Source: a virus. Taken from it: a stretch of 64,000 bases of DNA. Below the pieces are notes generated by a model, which saw nothing but the letters and a program-made list of their open reading frames with translations, searched no databases and had not been told where the DNA came from. The stretch is taken from positions 1 through 64,000 of the IMG/VR virus record IMGVR_UViG_3300009151_003928; one strand, written 5' to 3'. Positions 36,302 to 45,733 of this stretch are shown here, one piece after another (position 1 is the first letter of the stretch; each line of letters opens with the position of its first letter). Position numbers and translations under genes: made by a program.

Positions 36302-37411
36302 GTGATGAGTACTAGTATTAGTGAGAATAGAACCGTAACGCCAAATGAATGCCGTAGCCGTTTGCTTCGTGCATTTAAAGTCAAACGCCCAGTGTTTATT
36401 TGGGGGCCTCCCGGAGTGGGTAAGTCAGAGCTAGTTGCTAGCCTTGCTACCGAACTTGGTGGTATTTGTATTGACTTGCGGTTGGGACAAATGGAGCCCA
36501 CCGATTTGCGTGGTATCCCGTTTTACAACAAAGAAAATGGCAAGATGGACTGGGCAGAACCAGTGGAGATGCCTAGTGAAGAAATGGCCAAGGAGCATCC
36601 AATCGTTGTCTTGTTCCTGGACGAGATGAACGTGGCGGCACCTGCTGTACAAGCGGCGGCTTATCAGCTAATTTTGAATCGTAGACTTGGTACCTATCAT
36701 CTACCAAAGAACGTAGTACTAGTTGCCGCAGGTAACCGCGAAAGCGACAAGGGTGTAAGTTTCCGTATGCCAATGCCGTTGGCAAACCGGTTTGTTCACT
36801 TGGAAGTACGTGCAGATTATGATTCATGGAACGAGTGGGCTGTTAAGAATCGTGTACACAAAGACGTAGTAGGTTACATCGGTTTTGCTAAACAAGACTT
36901 GATGGACTTTAACCCACGTTCAAGTTCACGTGCCTTTGCTACACCACGTTCGTGGAGCTTTGTATCAGAGTTCTTGTACGACGAAGATGCAACAGACGGC
37001 GAATTGAGCGACTTGATCTCGGGTACCATTGGAGACGGATTGGGCGTTAAGTTTATGGCACACCGCAAGGTTGCAAGCCGTATGCCTAACCCAAGTGATA
37101 TCTTGGCAGGTAAGGTTAAAACCTTGGAAGTTAAAGAAGTGAGTGCTATGTATTCTTTGACTGTATCCATGTGCTATGAACTTCAGGATAACTATGCCAA
37201 ACTTGGCAAAGAAAAGATTGCAATATGGCACGGACAAGCTGATAACTTCTTCCGCTTTATGATGGATAATTTCAGTACTGAGTTGGTTGTTATGGGTGCT
37301 CGTGTTGCGTTGACTACTTATAACTTGCCACTGGTCCCAGGCAAGCTCAAGAACTTTGATGAGTTCCATAAGCGTTATGGCAAGTACATTATCGCGGCAG
37401 GCGGTAAGTAA
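36302..37411 (+). CDS. MoxR-type AAA+ ATPase
   Basis: Walker A GPPGVGKS, Walker B LFLDEMN, AAGNR, LANRF, TPRSW. Confidence 0.92.
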   Translation: MMSTSISENRTVTPNECRSRLLRAFKVKRPVFIWGPPGVGKSELVASLATELGGICIDLRLGQMEPTDLRGIPFYNKENGKMDWAEPVEMPSEEMAKEHPIVVLFLDEMNVAAPAVQAAAYQLILNRRLGTYHLPKNVVLVAAGNRESDKGVSFRMPMPLANRFVHLEVRADYDSWNEWAVKNRVHKDVVGYIGFAKQDLMDFNPRSSSRAFATPRSWSFVSEFLYDEDATDGELSDLISGTIGDGLGVKFMAHRKVASRMPNPSDILAGKVKTLEVKEVSAMYSLTVSMCYELQDNYAKLGKEKIAIWHGQADNFFRFMMDNFSTELVVMGARVALTTYNLPLVPGKLKNFDEFHKRYGKYIIAAGGK

Positions 37412-37466
37412 AAGGTTGCTGTCACAGGCAGGGGGCAGGCGCAAGCCATAAGTCCTCCTTATTCTT

Positions 37467-37658
37467 ATGAACTATGACTTTTGCCCAGAACTAGATAGCC
37501 CAGGAATTTGCGTAATCTTAGACCGTAAATGGTGGATAGATCACAAGGACGCAATTGGTGCTTGGCTAGGTGAAGAAAGAATAGCATTAGGACAAATGAT
37601 GTTATACATTCCCAATCCAGAGGATCGAACTTACTTTATGCTTAGGTGGCCACAATGA
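37467..37658 (+). CDS. Small hypothetical protein (ends FMLRW)
   Basis: ORF. Confidence 0.55.
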   Translation: MNYDFCPELDSPGICVILDRKWWIDHKDAIGAWLGEERIALGQMMLYIPNPEDRTYFMLRWPQ

Positions 37659-37930
37659 TCATTGAAGCAGTCTTATTAGTAGTTGGTGTAGCAAGTGTGG
37701 CAAGTACCGAGATTACTGGTAAAGGCCTAGCCGACCATGCAATTAGCAAGATGGCCGACCAGGATTGTAAGATTGCCAATGTAATACACGGAGAACGTGT
37801 ATGTGATCCCAAAGGCACGGTTACAGTATCTGCTCCGTTAAGTGAGCCACAAATACCTCCAAGGAAAGGTGTAAATACATCTGTAAGCAACATGGAAGAT
37901 ATCTTTGCCCAGCGAAAAGCACTAAAATAA
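37655..37930 (+). CDS. Hypothetical exported or membrane protein
   Basis: Hydrophobic N-terminus; TGKGLADHAIS...DC motif. Confidence 0.55.
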   Translation: MIIEAVLLVVGVASVASTEITGKGLADHAISKMADQDCKIANVIHGERVCDPKGTVTVSAPLSEPQIPPRKGVNTSVSNMEDIFAQRKALK

Positions 37931-37931
37931 C

Positions 37932-37976
37932 CGTTGTAAAAAAGCCACAGACCTATTATTCAATTAAATGTATAAT
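37932..37976 (+). promoter_or_regulatory. Promoter with palindromic box and CAGAC -35 element
   Basis: CGTTGT-N6-GCCACA(37932-49), CAGACC-17-TATAAT(37971-76). Confidence 0.6.
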
Positions 37977-38005
37977 ATTAGTATATTAGAAATTTAGGAG
38001 CCCAA

Positions 38006-39265
38006 ATGTCAGATAATACACTAGCAGAAAAAAGCAAATCTGTTACAGCAACAGATCCCAAAGTTGATGCCGCGGCACGTGAAAAGTTGATCACTGCTCG
38101 TGTTGGACTTTTACTCCGTGCTCCGTTCTTTGGCAACTTGGCAACCCGCATGAATCTGATCAATGCAGATGAGTGGTGCCCCACTGCCGCCACAGACGGA
38201 CGTAGGTTTTATTACAATAGTGTATTCGTCAATTCATTGCCACTCAAACAATTAGAGTTCCTGGTTGGACACGAAGTGCTTCATGCAGTTTATGACCACA
38301 TGGGACGTCGTGGCAATCGCGATCCTAAACTGTGGAACATTGCCGATGACTATTGTGTAAACTGGGACTTGGTAGAACAACGGGTTGGTGATAAGATTCC
38401 AATCGCCCTGTATGATTCTAAGTACAAAGGCATGAGTGCTGAAGAAGTGTATGATGACTTGTACGAAAATGCAGACAAGATCAACATTGACGAGCTAATG
38501 AAACGTCTATTGGACGAGCACTTGGATGGCAACAGCGAAGATGGCGAAGGTGACGGAGATGGCGACAAGCCCGGAAATGGTCGCCCACGTTTGAGCGAAG
38601 CTGAAAAGAAAGAGATCCGTGACGAAATTAAAGAGGCTGTGCTAGCGGCCGCTCAAGCATCGGGCGCAGGTAACTTGCCAGGTGGTGTCAAGCGCATGAT
38701 TAAAGACTTGACCGAGCCAGTTATGGATTGGAGAGAGTTGCTACAGCAACAAATTGAATCTACTATTAAGAGTGACTTTACTTGGGCCCGTCCTAGCCGT
38801 CGTAGCTGGCATATGGATGCTGTCATGCCCGGTATGAAGCCCGGCGAGCAGATTGATGTTGTTATTGGTATTGATACTTCGGGTAGTATTACTGACCAAG
38901 ATCTCAAAGTGTTCTTGAGTGAGATCCAAGGTATTATGGAAGCATACGAAGAGTATCGTATTACTGTTATGGGTTGGGATACCGAAGTCCATAACATTGC
39001 TACATTTACTAGCGATAACTTGGAAGATATTAGTACATTTGAACCAGGTGGTGGTGGTGGTACAGATCCACATTGTGTGTGGAATTACTTGCAAGCCAAC
39101 GATATTGAACCTAAGAAATTGATCATGTTTACAGACTTCTGTTTCTTTGGTTGGAGCCCAGCGGAAGTTGAGCAGTATTGTGATACTGTTTGGATTATTA
39201 AAGGCAACAAATCAGCAGAGCCAGAGTTTGGTGTGTATGCTCACTACGAGGATGCAGGAAAATGA
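38006..39265 (+). CDS. Metallopeptidase-like plus VWA domain protein (DUF2201-type), MoxR partner
   Basis: TAATDG, HEVLH (HExxH), MIDAS DTSGS, GGGGT, FTD. Confidence 0.9.
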   Translation: MSDNTLAEKSKSVTATDPKVDAAAREKLITARVGLLLRAPFFGNLATRMNLINADEWCPTAATDGRRFYYNSVFVNSLPLKQLEFLVGHEVLHAVYDHMGRRGNRDPKLWNIADDYCVNWDLVEQRVGDKIPIALYDSKYKGMSAEEVYDDLYENADKINIDELMKRLLDEHLDGNSEDGEGDGDGDKPGNGRPRLSEAEKKEIRDEIKEAVLAAAQASGAGNLPGGVKRMIKDLTEPVMDWRELLQQQIESTIKSDFTWARPSRRSWHMDAVMPGMKPGEQIDVVIGIDTSGSITDQDLKVFLSEIQGIMEAYEEYRITVMGWDTEVHNIATFTSDNLEDISTFEPGGGGGTDPHCVWNYLQANDIEPKKLIMFTDFCFFGWSPAEVEQYCDTVWIIKGNKSAEPEFGVYAHYEDAGK

Positions 39266-39498
39266 CTTTTACTGTAGCAGAAAGCCCTTGGGTTACCTTA
39301 AGTCAAGGTGATCCAAGTTTTCAACTACAAGGACCGTTTACAGTAGCCAATCGTGCTGGTATAGAAATTACTAGCAAATGTCCTAGAGAGTATGCTACAA
39401 TAATTGCACAGGCTTATGAACGTGGGTGGATTAGCTGTATAGCTACAGTACCACGCACCGATCCAACCTTAATGTGGGAGACTTTGAAAAATGATTAA
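39262..39498 (+). CDS. Hypothetical protein
   Basis: ATGA-coupled ORF. Confidence 0.6.
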   Translation: MTFTVAESPWVTLSQGDPSFQLQGPFTVANRAGIEITSKCPREYATIIAQAYERGWISCIATVPRTDPTLMWETLKND

Positions 39499-39679
39499 AT
39501 TAATTAACATTCTTGAAAATGCTTTTTGGTACCCAGTTGCATTGATGTATCTTTGCTTAATGGGATTTTCCGTGGGACTTATTTTTGGTTTATTGTAGTA
39601 TGATTGATTATATTTTTTGTATAATTATATCAGTATCTTTGTATATTCATTTAGTGCATAGCACTCCACAGGTAATATT

Positions 39680-39910
39680 ATGAACGAACGTTTAAAAGAA
39701 TTAATGCTTGAAGCAGGCTATGCGGCTCCTGAGATTGCAGGTCGTGCCAAGAGATTAGCAGACTTGATTATTAAGGATTGCATCGATATTGTTGGGCCAA
39801 CTCAACATCATGAAGTGTGGGCGCAGAGTTATCTTGGCGGTGTTAATGGGTTAGAATTGCTAGAAGGCAAGATTAAAAATATTAAACAACGTTTTGGAAT
39901 TGAAGAATGA
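39680..39910 (+). CDS. Small phage protein, MNER...FGIEE family
   Basis: Paralog of the next ORF. Confidence 0.65.
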   Translation: MNERLKELMLEAGYAAPEIAGRAKRLADLIIKDCIDIVGPTQHHEVWAQSYLGGVNGLELLEGKIKNIKQRFGIEE

Positions 39911-40143
39911 CCGAACAGATTAGTAAACTTGCTTTACAATGTGGTGCCTGGCATCAGGTATACGGCAATAGAAATTTTATGATCGACGAGCACTTTGATA
40001 TTGCCAAGTTCGCCGAGTTGATTGTTCGGGAATGTTTAGGCATTGTAGACGATGCTGAACGAGGTGGTAGTAATGATATTTGGGACAATGCTGTGAAGTT
40101 CATTAGACGAGATTTACAAGAACATTTCGGAGTTGAAGAATGA
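39907..40143 (+). CDS. Small phage protein, FAELIVREC...HFGVEE family
   Basis: Paralog of the previous ORF. Confidence 0.65.
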   Translation: MTEQISKLALQCGAWHQVYGNRNFMIDEHFDIAKFAELIVRECLGIVDDAERGGSNDIWDNAVKFIRRDLQEHFGVEE

Positions 40144-40213
40144 AGCCAGGATATAAAGAACCGTGGTACGCCAAACGTAGACGTGAAGACCAAGAACGTA
40201 AAGAGAAATCAAA

Positions 40214-40498
40214 ATGAGACAACAAATTTATCTTTCTAAAAGAAACCTACTTACCTTGTTGTCCAAGTTGGAACGTCTTGAGCACGGAGACGAAACAGCC
40301 TGTGCAATAGTCAAGTATGCCAATCCAGCTGATCCTTACTGCAATACTATAAAAGAAGTAATGGTTATTGCAGTCCCTGATGAAAAATTTTATACTAATA
40401 GAGCTCCGGGTGCAATGCATCCATTGGATGAAACAAATATGCAATATCATATTAGTAATACTGATAATCCCATTGACTTTCCTCGGAGTAAACTATGA
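40214..40498 (+). CDS. Hypothetical protein
   Basis: ORF. Confidence 0.6.
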   Translation: MRQQIYLSKRNLLTLLSKLERLEHGDETACAIVKYANPADPYCNTIKEVMVIAVPDEKFYTNRAPGAMHPLDETNMQYHISNTDNPIDFPRSKL

Positions 40499-40710
40499 AA
40501 CTATCAGCCAACGGAGTAGAAGGTCATTTAATTTGGTGTGCTGATGGCCAGTATCGTTTTAGGGTGTATACTGATACCTTTGAATTTACTGATTACGACT
40601 TGCTTCATTATGATTTATGTGTTACAATAACAGATAAGGATGCTACGTTTTATTCAGACGAGCATGGCAATAGATTAGATCACAGTCCCGCAACCCTAGG
40701 AAAAGAATAA
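40495..40710 (+). CDS. Hypothetical protein
   Basis: ATGA-coupled ORF. Confidence 0.6.
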   Translation: MKLSANGVEGHLIWCADGQYRFRVYTDTFEFTDYDLLHYDLCVTITDKDATFYSDEHGNRLDHSPATLGKE

Positions 40711-41072
40711 TGCAATTTAAAAACCCCAAAGACTTAAAGCCAAAAGAAGCACGTGAATTAGCATTAACCTTGCAACAACGTATTCATAGTTTGGAAAATT
40801 GCCTCGATGATCTTATGCGTAGTGTAGAGATTGCACAATATACCAAACAGTACCAAGCAACCGAAGTGTTTGTTCGTGACGCCGAAGAGCTACTTAAAGA
40901 TCGTTTGATATTGCCCGAAATTAAACAGGGTAGTGCTAAAATTACTTTGGTAGAATCATCTGAAGAAAATCTTAACAAAGCATTGGACATTTATAAAAAA
41001 GATCCCAAGATTGCCAAACGCAAACATGGTAAAATTGACGGCATTATAAAAACCGATGCTAAGGTACAATGA
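40710..41072 (+). CDS. Hypothetical coiled-coil protein
   Basis: TAATG-coupled ORF. Confidence 0.6.
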   Translation: MQFKNPKDLKPKEARELALTLQQRIHSLENCLDDLMRSVEIAQYTKQYQATEVFVRDAEELLKDRLILPEIKQGSAKITLVESSEENLNKALDIYKKDPKIAKRKHGKIDGIIKTDAKVQ

Positions 41073-41346
41073 AGTAAATCCCCTGGCGGTGTTCGGGCTC
41101 CGTGAGCTTGAACATTGTCCTCCACATTTTGTCAAAGTGGAGTTCAATCTGCGGGCTGGCGAAAAGGTAATTTCGGATTGGATTTGGACTAATTTAGATG
41201 GTCGCTTTTGGTATAACGATTACTACTACAAAGACGAAAATAACAACGTAGTATTTCAAAAATGTGCGGCTTTTGAAGTACCCGGCGAAGCCAGTATGTT
41301 TGCCCTAATGCTGGATCAAATCAATAAACATAACTTTGATTTTTGA
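41056..41346 (+). CDS. Hypothetical phage protein
   Basis: NPL.VFGLR...PPHF. Confidence 0.65.
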   Translation: MLRYNEVNPLAVFGLRELEHCPPHFVKVEFNLRAGEKVISDWIWTNLDGRFWYNDYYYKDENNNVVFQKCAAFEVPGEASMFALMLDQINKHNFDF

Positions 41347-41410
41347 GCTAAGAAAATATTTTCCGGTTTGAGATCTCATGTAAATATATGCATAGTTTAC
41401 GGAGATTACT

Positions 41411-41650
41411 ATGTCAGACCAGACAACAACAGAAGCACAAGAACCGCAACAGGTTCAATTACAATTATCGGATATTTTAGCGGCGGCTCAGTGCATTCAG
41501 CTTGCTAGTACACGAGGCGCATTCCGTGCCGAAGAATTCACACAAGTAGGTGGTACATACGAGCGTTTAGTTAGCTTCTTGCAAGCTAGCGGTGCTTTAA
41601 ATCCTCCTGCGGGTGAACAGCCAGCTGATGCTACAGCACCAGCGGCATAA
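41411..41650 (+). CDS. Hypothetical phage protein (A..RGAFRAEE...VG..Y..L..FL)
   Basis: SD GGAG; GTAAATA element upstream. Confidence 0.7.
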   Translation: MSDQTTTEAQEPQQVQLQLSDILAAAQCIQLASTRGAFRAEEFTQVGGTYERLVSFLQASGALNPPAGEQPADATAPAA

Positions 41651-41663
41651 CAAGGAAAATAAA

Positions 41664-42380
41664 ATGATTAAACATGTCGGTAAACACAACAACAAAAAGA
41701 TAGTATTGCTTTGGCGTCGTGTACCAAACGAAGCTCATATGGCTCTAGTAGCCTACAGTGATACACTACCACGCATGATCCACGACGATCTAATGAAGTG
41801 CTTAGAAAGTGCAGTTGGACAAAATTCCAAGGAATTGTCGGATGTGTTATTCCGTACAACCATGGGCGATGGCCGTAACTTGTTAGAAGTTATGCACAAA
41901 GAAGGATTCATCAAGAAGGTTCCAACAAGCCAAGTATTGATTACTCCAACTGCTAAAAGCTCAGTTCGTTTAGATGAATTAAATGACATCCTGGACGAAA
42001 TGGACAAAGGCGAAGAAGCAGTAAAGCGTATGCAAGCAATTGATTCCGGTGCTGGTATGAGTGGCAAGAAACGTGGTCGCGAAGGCCGTGAAGTTGGCAT
42101 GCCACCAAACAATACTAGTATGAGTCGTACCAATATTGATGTGGATGCTACTGATTCTGCTGCCGCATACCTCAAAGGTGCGCTAAGTGAAGGTGTGTTA
42201 GGCGATCAAGATATTGCCGCACAACGTTTGGCTCAAGCTGAGCAAATGAAAAATCAAGCCACTCAATTGTTAGCTGAAGCCAAACGATTGACCGAAGAAG
42301 CAAACTCACTAACGCCTGCAAACAATGTCAAAACAACAAGAGCCAAAAAAGCCACGCCAAGTAAAAAGCAAGCGGCTTAA
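41664..42380 (+). CDS. Hypothetical phage protein (MIKHVGK...)
   Basis: Start reassigned to ATG 41664 (SD AAGGA). Confidence 0.75.
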   Translation: MIKHVGKHNNKKIVLLWRRVPNEAHMALVAYSDTLPRMIHDDLMKCLESAVGQNSKELSDVLFRTTMGDGRNLLEVMHKEGFIKKVPTSQVLITPTAKSSVRLDELNDILDEMDKGEEAVKRMQAIDSGAGMSGKKRGREGREVGMPPNNTSMSRTNIDVDATDSAAAYLKGALSEGVLGDQDIAAQRLAQAEQMKNQATQLLAEAKRLTEEANSLTPANNVKTTRAKKATPSKKQAA

Positions 42381-42672
42381 CTTAAATAGTAAAGCCAAAT
42401 GGGAAAAGTTGCTCAAGGAAGTAAACAAAGAGCAAGTTCCCATTGCTGTCATACGTTCAATCACTGTCAATCTTAAAGATGGTACAGCCGTTGACGTCAA
42501 CGTCGCTGAGATGTTAGAAGAAGGTGGCGACCCTGCTGTAATAGAACGTATAATTAACGAAAAGTTACACGCACTCGATGACATCATCAGAGACGTGGAC
42601 TTTCATATCAGTGTAGACAGCGTAGCAAAAGTTGTACAACCCTTTACCGATAAACTCCTGAAAGATTTATGA
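42325..42672 (+). CDS. Hypothetical phage protein
   Basis: ORF overlapping both neighbours. Confidence 0.6.
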   Translation: MSKQQEPKKPRQVKSKRLNLNSKAKWEKLLKEVNKEQVPIAVIRSITVNLKDGTAVDVNVAEMLEEGGDPAVIERIINEKLHALDDIIRDVDFHISVDSVAKVVQPFTDKLLKDL

Positions 42673-43169
42673 TTAATGCCATATTTGCCGTTGACTTTAA
42701 CGGTGGTATGGGTTTCAATGGCACATTGCCTTGGCCCCATAACGCCGAAGACTTGTCATACTTCCAAAAACTTACAACAGGTAATGTAGTTGTAATGGGA
42801 CGTAATACTTGGGAAGATCCCAAGATGCCCAAGCCACTTCCTAATCGCACAGTATATGTTGCCACTAATAAACCGGTAAAATATGCCATGCCGTTTGCGG
42901 GCAATTTCAACGACAAGTTAATCAGCATTGAAAAAGAACACCCAGACAAAAAAGTATTTGTAATTGGTGGTCCAAAATTAATAGAAGAAGCAAAAGATCT
43001 CTATGATAGAGTATATATAACTCATATCAAAGGAGCATATCGCAACGATACCAGAATGTATATAAAAGAATTCCTTACTGGTTACCGACCGGTGTATGCC
43101 ACAGTGAGCCGAGATTTCCAATCAACTTTTATAGTATACGAATCTATTTTTAAACGAGTTAAACCATAA
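42669..43169 (+). CDS. folA: Dihydrofolate reductase
   Basis: GMGFNGTLPW, VVVMGRNTWE, PLPNR, VIGG. Confidence 0.95.
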   Translation: MINAIFAVDFNGGMGFNGTLPWPHNAEDLSYFQKLTTGNVVVMGRNTWEDPKMPKPLPNRTVYVATNKPVKYAMPFAGNFNDKLISIEKEHPDKKVFVIGGPKLIEEAKDLYDRVYITHIKGAYRNDTRMYIKEFLTGYRPVYATVSRDFQSTFIVYESIFKRVKP

Positions 43170-43178
43170 TATGATTGT

Positions 43179-43207
43179 TTGACAATGTTCTAGTTAGTGC
43201 GTATAAT
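43179..43207 (+). promoter_or_regulatory. Perfect-consensus sigma70 promoter of thyA
   Basis: TTGACA(43179-84)-17-TATAAT(43202-07). Confidence 0.8.
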
Positions 43208-43233
43208 AAACTTATATTAAAAGAACTAAATTT

Positions 43234-44145
43234 ATGAAACAATATCTAGAAGCACTACAATATGTATTAGACCACGGACAAGAAGTTGGAGACCGGACTG
43301 GAACAGGTACACTTAGTTGTTTTGGTATGCAACAACGCTACGATCTTACAGAATCATTTCCCGCAGTAACTACTAAAAAACTAGCATGGCGAGCCTGCGT
43401 AGGCGAATTACTCTGGATGCTTGAAGGTTCAGGCGATGAACGTAGGCTAGCAGAGATCACCTACGGTGACCGTACGGGTGCCGTGACTATCTGGACTCCT
43501 AATGCGCTTGCTCCGTATTGGAAACCACATGCACAGTACGAAGGTGACCTAGGTCGTGTATATGGTGTACAATGGCGCCATTGGCGGACCGCCCAACATG
43601 TCAAGTCTGGCAGTATTAAAAATGAATGTGGAAGTTATTTTAGTGTACAAGGCGGAATACAAGAAGTAGAAACAGATCAAATTAAAAAATTAATCGACGG
43701 AATACAACGAGACCCACACGGAAGACGACATATAGTATCTGCATGGAATGCTGGCGAATTAGAACAAATGGCCCTGCCCCCGTGTCATGTCTTGGCTCAG
43801 TTTTATGTAAGTAAAGACCGTCGATTAAGTTGTCAGATGTATCAGAGAAGTTGTGACATGTTTTTAGGAGTTCCCTTTAATATCGCTAGCTACAGCCTGT
43901 TAACGGCCATGATAGCTCAAGTGTGCGGCCTCCAGGTCGGTGAGTTCGTTCATGTACTCGGCGATGCACACATCTACCTAAATCATGTTGAACAGGTAAA
44001 AGAACAATTATCACGTGAACCATTGCCTGCACCAACTCTTTGGCTTAATCCCGATGTAAAAGATATCACTAAGTTTACCATGGCAGATATTCGCTTAGAC
44101 GGATATCAATCACACAACAGTATCAAAGCAGAAATGGCAGTATAA
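43234..44145 (+). CDS. thyA: Thymidylate synthase
   Basis: DRTGTGT, LGRVYGVQWR, MALPPCH, YQRSCDMFLGVPFNIASY, GDAHIY. Confidence 0.97.
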   Translation: MKQYLEALQYVLDHGQEVGDRTGTGTLSCFGMQQRYDLTESFPAVTTKKLAWRACVGELLWMLEGSGDERRLAEITYGDRTGAVTIWTPNALAPYWKPHAQYEGDLGRVYGVQWRHWRTAQHVKSGSIKNECGSYFSVQGGIQEVETDQIKKLIDGIQRDPHGRRHIVSAWNAGELEQMALPPCHVLAQFYVSKDRRLSCQMYQRSCDMFLGVPFNIASYSLLTAMIAQVCGLQVGEFVHVLGDAHIYLNHVEQVKEQLSREPLPAPTLWLNPDVKDITKFTMADIRLDGYQSHNSIKAEMAV

Positions 44146-45116
44146 TGAGATTTTTAGTAACTGGCGGTGCAGGTTTCATTGGGCATAATGTGGTGCGTCA
44201 GCTAGAACAACTGGGACACGAATGCTATACATTAGATTGCGTAACCGATTACGGATTTATACCCAAAGAAGAATTAAGTTATTTACACAAACATCGTAGT
44301 AGTCGTATGCGTAGCAATACACATCATGTAGACTTGCGTAACCATGAAAGAGTTGCCAATTGGTTTGGTAACTTTGCATTTAAAGCCGAAGCTGTTATAC
44401 ATTTAGCAAGTTTTCCAAGACAAAAAGTAGTTAGTGCAAATCCTGTATGGGGCTCCGAAGTAATGGCAACTGGGTTAGTTAATTTACTAGAAATAACCAA
44501 GGCGTATAAAATTCCAAAGTTTGTTTATATCAGTAGTAGCATGGTATACGGAGACTTTGACAATGATGTTACCGAAGATGCGATATGTGTGCCACAAGGG
44601 CAGTATGGTATTATGAAATTAATGGGTGAGAACCTTGTTCGAGATTACACACGTCGTGGCTGTTTTGATCATGTTATTATTCGTCCTAGTGCTGTATACG
44701 GTGAGTACGATGTTGAAGATCGTGTGGTTAGTAAGTTTATGTTATCTGCTATGCGAGGAGAAACTCTTAGGGTAAATGGCGCAAACGAAACGCTGGATTT
44801 TACCTACGTGGAAGATGCCGCACGTGGCATTGTGCAAGCCACTTTAAGTAAAGTGGCTGTTAACGGTACTTACAATATTACCAAGAGTCATAGCACTAGT
44901 TTGTTGCAGGCCGCAAGTTTAGCTATCAAGATTGCCGGGAATGGTCGAGTTGAAGTACGTGACAAAGACGCAGATTTTCCATCACGTGGTGCTTTAGATA
45001 TTACTGCCGCACGTAGAGACTTTGGATTCGATCCACAAGTAGATGTAGAAGAAGGATTTGTAAAATACCATCGCTGGTTTACTGAATCTAAATATTGGCA
45101 AGACAAATTAAAATGA
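44145..45116 (+). CDS. NAD-dependent nucleotide-sugar epimerase/dehydratase
   Basis: TGGAGFIG, SSSMVYG, YGIMK, DFTYVED. Confidence 0.9.
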   Translation: MRFLVTGGAGFIGHNVVRQLEQLGHECYTLDCVTDYGFIPKEELSYLHKHRSSRMRSNTHHVDLRNHERVANWFGNFAFKAEAVIHLASFPRQKVVSANPVWGSEVMATGLVNLLEITKAYKIPKFVYISSSMVYGDFDNDVTEDAICVPQGQYGIMKLMGENLVRDYTRRGCFDHVIIRPSAVYGEYDVEDRVVSKFMLSAMRGETLRVNGANETLDFTYVEDAARGIVQATLSKVAVNGTYNITKSHSTSLLQAASLAIKIAGNGRVEVRDKDADFPSRGALDITAARRDFGFDPQVDVEEGFVKYHRWFTESKYWQDKLK

Positions 45117-45733
45117 AAATAGTAGCCATAACCCCACACCCAGACGATTTAGAAATTGCCTGTGCCGGAACATTAAAAAAGTTTCAGGACCAAGGTGCGG
45201 AAATTATTTCTATTGTTACAGTTAAACCCAGTGCAGAAGTTAATAGCGAACGCGATGAAGATATTGTACTAGAAGAATTAAAAAATAGTTATACACTATC
45301 ACAATTTGAGCTCAGAGTTTTAGATACTGATCTACACGCCAATGGTCGTCCTAATTTAGTATGCAATAATAACACCATGACTGAATTAAGCGAATTAATT
45401 GATTCGTGTGATCTTGCTATTATTCCAAATCCACAGGACTTCCACCAGGATCATAGAACAACATACGAACTAGCTTGGCCGTTACTACAACGTCGTGCTC
45501 GAGAAGTTTGGACAATGGACTCTTGGCCTTATTGTTATCAATATAAAACAAACACGGCTAATATGTATGTAGGCATTGATTGGGAATTTAAAGAAAGCCT
45601 GTTACAATGTTATAGCAGTTATATTACCGAAAATAAACTAAGACAGATTCGAAACTTGTCCAAAGTACATGGCGACAAATCTGGCAACCCGGATGCAGAA
45701 GCATTTACACTACTATACAAATATGTTAGATAA
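45113..45733 (+). CDS. PIG-L/LmbE family deacetylase
   Basis: PHPDDLE, DFHQDH. Confidence 0.88.
   Translation: MKIVAITPHPDDLEIACAGTLKKFQDQGAEIISIVTVKPSAEVNSERDEDIVLEELKNSYTLSQFELRVLDTDLHANGRPNLVCNNNTMTELSELIDSCDLAIIPNPQDFHQDHRTTYELAWPLLQRRAREVWTMDSWPYCYQYKTNTANMYVGIDWEFKESLLQCYSSYITENKLRQIRNLSKVHGDKSGNPDAEAFTLLYKYVR

Noticed and set aside
43234-44145. ThyA homolog as a dCMP hydroxymethylase for pyrimidine modification
   Set aside because: It retains the dUMP-specifying Asn in PFNIASY and is paired with DHFR, so it looks like a canonical thymidylate synthase
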